This document shows, piece after piece, positions 7,082-14,300 of a stretch of 32,000 nucleotides of DNA. The stretch comes from Vibrio alginolyticus NBRC 15630 = ATCC 17749. GTDB lineage: Bacteria > Pseudomonadota > Gammaproteobacteria > Enterobacterales > Vibrionaceae. Position numbers and translations under genes: made by a program. Below the pieces are notes generated by a model that saw only the letters and a program-made list of their open reading frames with translations, ran no database searches and was not told where the DNA came from. The first letter of the stretch is position 1. Every line of letters starts with the position of its first letter. The stretch spans positions 1,020,001-1,052,000 of the forward strand of contig NC_022349.1 of assembly GCF_000354175.2 (NCBI RefSeq). Direction: 5' to 3'.

Positions 7082-8797
7082 ATGATTAGGTTTGAAATTG
7101 GAAACCAAATCTGCGTTTGCTTGTCCGAAAACGAAATATCTCTAGAGCTCAATCAGTCACTCCACCACTCCATTCCTGTCAACCCAAATGAGTACGCCAT
7201 TCTGTCAACTATCGCCACATACGGCAGTTTAAATACGCCGATTAGTCAGCGGTTAATAGAAAGCAAAATCACTCAACAATACAAAATGACACTGCCTGAA
7301 AATGGCTTTAAAAACGCGGTGGCCGCTCTAAGAAAGAAATTTCGCAAGCTCACGGAAGAACATTTAACCACTAACAAAAACATTATCGAAAACATTCACC
7401 GGACCGGATACTTCATCCCTTTTACTATGCAAAACAACCATCAGAATGGCATCGAACATCAACAGAAGATCAATCAATACACAACCAATAGTCTTCGCAA
7501 AGCGCTTCGTATTTGCCTGCGTAATAAAAAGATCTATTCAGAAGCAATGTGGGTTGTGTTGATCACTGCGATCATTTTCTTTGCTATCTGTTACTACGCG
7601 ATAAACAGCATCGTTAAACATAATTATCTGGATAACGCCTTCGAAATTGCAGAGAACCTTTCCCGTAGGAGTTGCTTTGCTAATGAAAGCGAACTGAAGT
7701 CACTATTTGATAATGTGAAGTTGGTGGAATCGAGCATGATGCTAGATCGTTTCAATATTCGATGCTTAGTCACTCCAGAAACCGTTGTCCCTGTCAGCAA
7801 AAAAGCCTTTGAAGAGTGGAGTAACAATAACAATTACACGACCCAATCATTTGACTTAAATAACGCAACCGTTTTGGTTCGTGTTAAAAACATTAACTTA
7901 TCCGACAATGTTGAAAATCATATTTCACGTTTTTTTCTTTCCGGTATGAAGCTATCAACGAATACCGGAACGTCGTTAGAGATTGGTAACACCAATGAAC
8001 GCTTCTTCAATTATCACGTAAAGAATAGTGGCTATAAAGAGGTGTATTACATCTCTGGACCGTTTCAAAGTATCATTCTACTGAGCTTACTTTTTCTCAT
8101 TATACTGCGTCACCGCTCCCTACAAGCCTTTATGGCTTACTTGTGCGCAATTCGACAATTCAAAATAAAACTGGAGCCGATTTATAACACTTCGGCACAA
8201 AAGATTGTGCACTACGAAGCCCTCTCCCGGTTTAAGGTAAAAAATACGCAACGGTTTATTGAAACACTGATCCGCAATGGATTGCTGCTAACTCATACCT
8301 TACTGGTGATTGATTCCATCTACACCAAACAAAAAGCGTTGCCCATCCCTATCAGCATTAACGTTTGTCCTTCTTTGCTGCGAGGGCGTAACTTTTCAAT
8401 CCTATATAGAGAGCTATCTAATCGGGATTGCCGTTTGCTGACAATCGAAATCACAGAAAATGCATCGATGTATTATACCTCTGAGATTTATGGCAATGTC
8501 GCGAAACTAAAAGCACTGGATTGTAAAATCAGTATTGATGACTTTGGCACCGGCAATAATAATGTGGCGCTTATCAGCAAGCTGAATCCTGACTACCTCA
8601 AAATCGACCGAGAATTTGTTATTGGCCTAAAATCTGATGATAAAAAGATAGAAACCTTGCGTCAGTTAATTGCTATGGGCAATACGTATCGCTGCACGGT
8701 CATTGTTGAAGGCGTAGAAACGGCAGACAGTGCTCACTTACTCACAACATTGGGCGCCTATATTCACCAAGGTTATTATTACCCTCTTCATTGCTAG
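7082..8797 (+). CDS. Membrane-bound c-di-GMP phosphodiesterase with N-terminal ToxR/CadC-like winged-helix DNA-binding domain (wHTH - TM - periplasmic domain - TM - EAL)
   Basis: Aa 1-113 resemble an OmpR/ToxR-type Trans_reg_C domain (LRKKFRKL...IENIHRTGYFIPF). The hydrophobic segments are AMWVVLITAIIFFAICYYAI (about aa 155-174) and FQSIILLSLLFLIIL (about aa 328-342). The C-terminal EAL domain keeps all catalytic motifs: YEALSRF, N in SINV, EITEN, DDFGTG, KIDREF, EGVET and QGYYY. Confidence 0.85.
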   Translation: MIRFEIGNQICVCLSENEISLELNQSLHHSIPVNPNEYAILSTIATYGSLNTPISQRLIESKITQQYKMTLPENGFKNAVAALRKKFRKLTEEHLTTNKNIIENIHRTGYFIPFTMQNNHQNGIEHQQKINQYTTNSLRKALRICLRNKKIYSEAMWVVLITAIIFFAICYYAINSIVKHNYLDNAFEIAENLSRRSCFANESELKSLFDNVKLVESSMMLDRFNIRCLVTPETVVPVSKKAFEEWSNNNNYTTQSFDLNNATVLVRVKNINLSDNVENHISRFFLSGMKLSTNTGTSLEIGNTNERFFNYHVKNSGYKEVYYISGPFQSIILLSLLFLIILRHRSLQAFMAYLCAIRQFKIKLEPIYNTSAQKIVHYEALSRFKVKNTQRFIETLIRNGLLLTHTLLVIDSIYTKQKALPIPISINVCPSLLRGRNFSILYRELSNRDCRLLTIEITENASMYYTSEIYGNVAKLKALDCKISIDDFGTGNNNVALISKLNPDYLKIDREFVIGLKSDDKKIETLRQLIAMGNTYRCTVIVEGVETADSAHLLTTLGAYIHQGYYYPLHC

Positions 8798-8891
8798 CTT
8801 TTCTTCACTCGGTTAGTTACTTAAAATAGATTTAATACTCTATAAAAACTCGTGGTGGCATAACGGTATGCCGCCAATTTGTGATTGAGCG

Positions 8892-9359
8892 ATGATTGCG
8901 ATTAAACCCACCAAACTGAAAGATTTTTCAAGTTTGATGCAATTGGATGTGCAAGAAGAGCAAAAAGGATTTTTTACACCGTTTGAAATGGCTTATCAAA
9001 AACGTAGTAAGTCAGAGGCGTTCTTTACGATTTATTCTGATGATCTATTAGTAGGCTACCTTGTTATCGATAAAGGTTTCTCCCAACATGCGCCGTTTGC
9101 TAAACGATACGAACTGGAGCTTAAGTACTTGATGATTGATCAACGTTTCCAACGTCAAGGGGTTGGGAGTGAGGCATTGCGTAAACTGTTCCTTTATGCA
9201 TATACCATTAACCCTAAAAGCACCTCTCTTTGCGCCACTGTCCCACAAAGTCAGCAATACGCTATCAGTTTTCTTGATGCGTGCGGATTCATTAATACAG
9301 AGGAAACAACATTGGGTGATAATGAAAAAGAATGGATTCTACGACACCCATTAAGCTAG
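8892..9359 (+). CDS. GNAT family N-acetyltransferase
   Basis: 155-aa ORF with the acetyl-CoA binding motif QRFQRQGVGSEALRKL (Q/RxxGxG/A) at the expected position. Confidence 0.75.
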   Translation: MIAIKPTKLKDFSSLMQLDVQEEQKGFFTPFEMAYQKRSKSEAFFTIYSDDLLVGYLVIDKGFSQHAPFAKRYELELKYLMIDQRFQRQGVGSEALRKLFLYAYTINPKSTSLCATVPQSQQYAISFLDACGFINTEETTLGDNEKEWILRHPLS

Positions 9360-9397
9360 CTGGTGAAGCATAATCAAAATTGGGCCATTCAGACACA

Positions 9398-9428
9398 ACA
9401 AAGGCAAGCTTCTCGCTTGCCTTTGTTT
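9398..9428. terminator. Bidirectional Rho-independent terminator between the convergent GNAT gene and queD
   Basis: acaaaggcaagc / gcttgcctttgt forms a 12-bp perfect stem with loop ttctc. It is flanked by A-rich sequence on the left and T-rich sequence on the right. Confidence 0.75.
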
Positions 9429-9448
9429 AATGCTCAATAGAAAGTGAC

Positions 9449-9820
9449 TTATTCGCCTTTGTAAATACAACCCGCTGTGCACGTTTCTTTGATTTCGACT
9501 TTACTTAGCAGTGGTAAGCTTGGCTTAAGCTGCTGCCAAATCCATTTTGCTAACACTTCGCTAGTCGGGTTCTCTAACCCTTCAATGTCGTTTAGGTAGT
9601 AATGGTCTAAGCGATTGTAAATTGGTTTAAATGCAGCTTTGATCTCTGCAAAATCCACTACCCAACCTGTATGTGGATCAACTTCACCTTCTACATAAAG
9701 ACGAACAAGGAAAGAGTGTCCGTGCAAACGACCACACTTGTGACCTTCTGGTACGTGTGGCAAATGGTGTGCTGCTTCGAACATAAACTCTTTGTATATT
9801 TCAGATGTATAAGATGACAA
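9449..9820 (-). CDS. queD: 6-carboxy-5,6,7,8-tetrahydropterin synthase (queuosine biosynthesis)
   Basis: Nearly collinear with E. coli QueD as recalled ([24 protein letters not shown]...[19 protein letters not shown]...LDHYYLNDI...[12 protein letters not shown]). The six-frame ORF extends to a GTG at 9853. The TTG at 9820, preceded by cagagg, gives 123 aa and matches the E. coli length better. The start is uncertain. Confidence 0.9.
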   Translation of the reverse strand: MSSYTSEIYKEFMFEAAHHLPHVPEGHKCGRLHGHSFLVRLYVEGEVDPHTGWVVDFAEIKAAFKPIYNRLDHYYLNDIEGLENPTSEVLAKWIWQQLKPSLPLLSKVEIKETCTAGCIYKGE

Positions 9821-10409
9821 CTTAGTAAACCTCTGTTTTAAATGACTTTTCACACCGCGATTTGAGTATTAATACGTCTCGATAGAAACACTCACATACA
9901 CGCTGTATTTCTCATACTCCTCGATGTACAAAAAATCCTAATGATGGAGCAGAGAGCGATAAATAACGACACGGTTATTATCCTTAGCACAGAACCAACG
10001 TGCAAGCTTTCTAAAAGTAAGTTCATGACAAAAAGAACTCTCAATGCAACCCATTTAGTAGATACTAGTTATTCTTTCTTCATATCACCAGTCATACTCA
10101 AGGACGATAACTGGCTATTGGCATCGTGCTTACATTGAACACTTTAGAACGTCTCATTGTATTCAAAAGTACCCATACGAGTTTTTCTATATGCAATCAG
10201 ACAACTTCAGCTTAAAATTATCGTAGGTTACCAACGGCTAACAAATACACCCAGTCGATCACGCGAGTTGATTAGTGTTAATAAATTAGTCCTAGTTCGT
10301 AAAGAACGCCGACAAACCAGAAGCTATCGAAAAAATATAAATTAAAAAGAAAATTATATGAAACATGCTGTCGAGATATTAATTAATAAAAATTATAACA
10401 TCTCTATTC

Positions 10410-11327
10410 TTATTGAGCGTATTTTATAGCTTCAATAACTGTATCGTCTAAGTTTTTATTATATAAATGTTTCTTACATCCGATTTTAACCTGAAGCTCT
10501 AAATTAGATATGTTTTTGTACAAATCATGGTATAGATTATTAAAATCCATAGTGTTTATATCATGAACCAATATAGTAAAGATGCTATCATTTAGTCTGG
10601 CTATATAATTATCACCTCTTTGAAAATTTTTTAAAATTTCACATAAATTGTATAAATTACTCTTATAAGAATCTCCACTCTCATCCAATATACCCAGTGC
10701 ATCAATAGCAATTATATATAATGGAACACCAACGGTTCTGACATCGCTCTGCTCTTTTTCTAAAAATATAGACCAACCTAATCTATTAAAAAAACCAGTC
10801 TCAGCGTCCTTAAACTGACTTGGGAGGTGATACATTTGTCTACTCGCCGCGGTATTTCTCTCTATTTCCATACACAGCATGTTAGACAAAAGCTTTGAAA
10901 TAAGCTCTACCGTGGCTTGCCCATCAGATGGAATAGATTTATGAACTGCAGTATCTATAGCACACAATGTTCCAAACAACTCCCCATCAGGGTAACAGAT
11001 AGGGATTCCAACATAAGAGCAAATACTTAGCTGTTGGTTTATAGGTGCACATTTGTAATTTTCAATAGCTTGCACAGAAGGAGCCCACCTAGGCCCGTTA
11101 CCTTGTACCATTCGGCTACAAATCGAATCGCTCCAAACCAACGTCGATAGCTCCTTAATATTGTACTTGTCGCTTTCTACCTGCAAAATGATCCAATCTT
11201 CTTCATTTTTTCTTGTTAACATCCAGGCGCCAAATCCATACTTTTTATGAAGATACTTCAGTGTAAAGCGACTAGCTTCTTCGAAGGAGTCGAAAGGAGC
11301 TTGATCTATCGTATTTGAGTTAAACAT
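10410..11327 (-). CDS. GAF domain protein with degenerate (catalytically inactive-looking) GGDEF domain
   Basis: The N-terminal GAF-like region reads WMLTRKNEEDWIILQV...WSDSICSRMVQGNGP...YVGIPICYPDGELFGTLCAID. The GGDEF-domain entry motif is DAETGFFNRLGW. At the GGDEF position the sequence is RLNDSIF (aa 244-250, nt 10578-10598). The RBS AGGAGA lies 5 nt upstream of the ATG, and only 20 nt separate it from the kinase stop. Confidence 0.8.
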   Translation of the reverse strand: MFNSNTIDQAPFDSFEEASRFTLKYLHKKYGFGAWMLTRKNEEDWIILQVESDKYNIKELSTLVWSDSICSRMVQGNGPRWAPSVQAIENYKCAPINQQLSICSYVGIPICYPDGELFGTLCAIDTAVHKSIPSDGQATVELISKLLSNMLCMEIERNTAASRQMYHLPSQFKDAETGFFNRLGWSIFLEKEQSDVRTVGVPLYIIAIDALGILDESGDSYKSNLYNLCEILKNFQRGDNYIARLNDSIFTILVHDINTMDFNNLYHDLYKNISNLELQVKIGCKKHLYNKNLDDTVIEAIKYAQ

Positions 11328-11347
11328 CCATATCTCCTAAAGGAACG

Positions 11348-14300
11348 CTAAATTATATTCTCTTGCATTAACTGGCTCTCAACCTGTTTAATGAGCTGCT
11401 TTATCTCTCTCATAAGAGAGTCAACTTTCCTAGCATTGACGTAGTTTTCTTCTAACCTTTTGAATAAAAACCCTAATGACAATACCCCACTTGATGTAGC
11501 CGCGCCCTTAGCTCCATGAGCAAGGTTTCTCACTAGTTCAAGGTTAGCCTCTTTAATGGCAGCTTCTAGCTTCTCTATGTCTCGAACAATATTATCCCAA
11601 AACATTGAGAGCACTGCTTTCTGCATCTCCACATTGTCAGACCCGATAACGGCAGATAGATGATCATAATCGATCAATTTAGAGAAATTAGCCTTCTCAA
11701 TTGAATTCATATGCGATGTTTCAATCAACTTTGTATCACTCTTGTTTCTTAATGTTTTTCCCCTTAAGCGTAACGACAGCACTTTATTCAACGTTTTTAA
11801 CTCCACAGGTTTAGTTATGTAGTCATCCATACCGGCTTCTAAACAATGCTCAGCCTCACCTAACATTGCATTAGCGGTAAGGGCGATAATTAGTGTTCTC
11901 CCCTCGCCCCTCATTTCCTCTACTCGCCTTATTTCTGATGTCAACTCAAATCCATCCATCCTTGGCATATGACAATCTGTTAATACTAAGTCATAATCTC
12001 CCTCTGACCATCGTTCAAAAGCTTCTTTTCCATCAGAAGCCATATCATAACTGAAACCAAGATGGTCCAGCTGTTGAGATAGAACTAACTGGTTAGTCGG
12101 TTGATCTTCAGCACAAAGTATAGTGATGCCACTTTTATCCTTATCATTCGAATCAAACTGACAATTATCTTTACCATAAAGGCACTCAGACCAATCAAAG
12201 TCAGGGCTTTCTTTTCCAGATAACACCGCAAGGGCCGCAATAAAATCACTGGGTTTGAAAGGATGTGTACCAATCACATACTTATTAGGTTTAATATAAC
12301 CTTTAATTGCTGTTGGATTATCTATGACTTCTAAAACACGGAATTTACTATTTTCATCTAATTGGTTTGCTTGGTCACCAATATAAATAATGCTCGACTC
12401 ACTCTGATTCGTTAATTTTTCAATCTCATCAAAAATATCTGCCACTTTGAGGTCCAAAAGCATTTTTCTGACAATATGAGATAAGTTTTCATCATCGATT
12501 TTTAATACAACTTTAAAACTCGATAGTTCATAACTGTAGAGTGCTGGCGAGGATTCATTAGGCTCTGCGGGAATGGAGAATGAAAAACAGCTTCCGTAAC
12601 CAAGCTTGCTTGAAACTTCTATTTGTCCTCCCATAAGCTCAACAAAGGATCTGCTAATACTAAGCCCTAAACCTGTACCTCCAAATTTTCGTGTAGTTGA
12701 GCTGTCCGCTTGAACGAAAGGAGTAAAGAGTCGAGACACTTGCTCTGGGCTCATTCCTACTCCGTTATCGTCAACTGAAATTCTTAAACTATTGTTTTGA
12801 TAACTTACACATAATTTGATAACTCCTTTTTTCTCTTCGCTACTTGTAAATTTGATAGCGTTACCTAACAAATTTAGAAGGACTTGACGAATTCTAACGG
12901 TGTCTAGCAGTAGTTCTTGAGGAATTGTATTTTCGAAATAAAGATACAAACCGATACCTTTCTGATGAGCATTAACCCATAAGGCATCTAGGGTTTTTTC
13001 AATTAAACTAAGAATATTTACAGTGGTAAGGTCAAGCTCGATTTTTCCTGACTCTATTTTTGAAAAGTCTAATATGTCGTTTATTATCTCTAGCAAAGAA
13101 AACGATGAATCACGTATTGTACGAACCATACTGTGCTGGTCTGTACTCAGATTTGTTTCTTTAAGTAAATCAACCATACCGATTACACCATTCATAGGCG
13201 TACGTATTTCATGACTCATGGTAGCGAGAAAACGAGACTTCGCAGCATTAGCCTGTTTTGCCGATAAGGTTTCACGCTCTAAAGCAGCTTGAGCATCCTT
13301 CTCATCAGTGATATCCACGTTAACTCCAAAAACCATCTCATCACCAGATTCTTTGTCGAAGACAACATCTCCAGCCGCTTTTATCCACCGAATTTGATCT
13401 GTATCTTGATTAATTATTCTAAACTCAGCGTTGAATACTTCCTTGGTTTCTAGAGATTTAGTAAAGGCATTTGTTGCTTGTTCGTAATCGTCTGGATGTA
13501 TTGCTCCTTCCCAATCTTTTACTGAAAGCTTAGTGCCTTTTTGGACGCCATAAAGCTCATACATCTTATCGTCCCACTTAAAAACTCCTGATTCCGTGTT
13601 CAGCACCCAATTGCTAATTCCTCCTGCATCTGAAGCTAGGCGCATACCCCTTAATAACTCATCTCTAGATCTTTTCGCCGATCGAAGCTCTTTCTCAATT
13701 TTCTTCCGATTAGATATATCTTCTATTACTGATATAAAATATTTAGGTTGATTATCATCGTCTAAAACAGCCGATACAGAAACCGTAGCCCAAAATATTC
13801 CTTTTTCTTTACTAAGATATCGCTTGTCTATTGAAAAACTACGCTTTTTACCTTCAATTAATAAAGACATCATTGCTCGACTTTTGTTGAGGTCGTCGAG
13901 ATGAGTAACCTCTTCTACTGACATACAAAGTAATTGCTTTTCACTGTAGCCAAATATGTCACACATTTTATCGTTAACTTCGATGAAACTTCCCTCTAAA
14001 CTAACACGACAAATTCCTACAGCGGCTTGGCTAAAAGCGGCTCTGTAGATAACTTCTCGTTCACGTAGTTCGTTTTGAAGCATTAATTCTCGTTGCTTTG
14101 TATCCTCTTGACTAGTTATATCTTTTATAATCCCAACAAACACTTGAGAGTCATCAACCTTAGTTTCTCCTACAGATATCTCTATTGGAAAAACACGTCC
14201 TGACTTATGCAAACCTTTAACTTTTCTTGGAGTTCCAATTAACTTCTTATCACCAGTAAACAAAAACTTACGAATATATTCATCATGTTCATGAGCATAA

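Noticed and set aside
8854-8880. Hairpin ggtggcata-acgg-tatgccgcc after the wHTH-EAL gene, and its partial resemblance (aacggtatgccgcc) to the 418-454 repeat arm (aacggataatgccgctc)
   Set aside because: The hairpin may be a weak terminator but lacks a proper T-run. The similarity to the repeat arm needs three gaps over about 20 nt and is probably coincidental.
9821-9940. Possible preQ1 riboswitch or other leader upstream of queD
   Set aside because: The minus-strand upstream sequence shows only a plausible promoter (TATTAAT) and no preQ1-like stem/CCCUAAAA-type tail. queD in gammaproteobacteria is not typically riboswitch-controlled.
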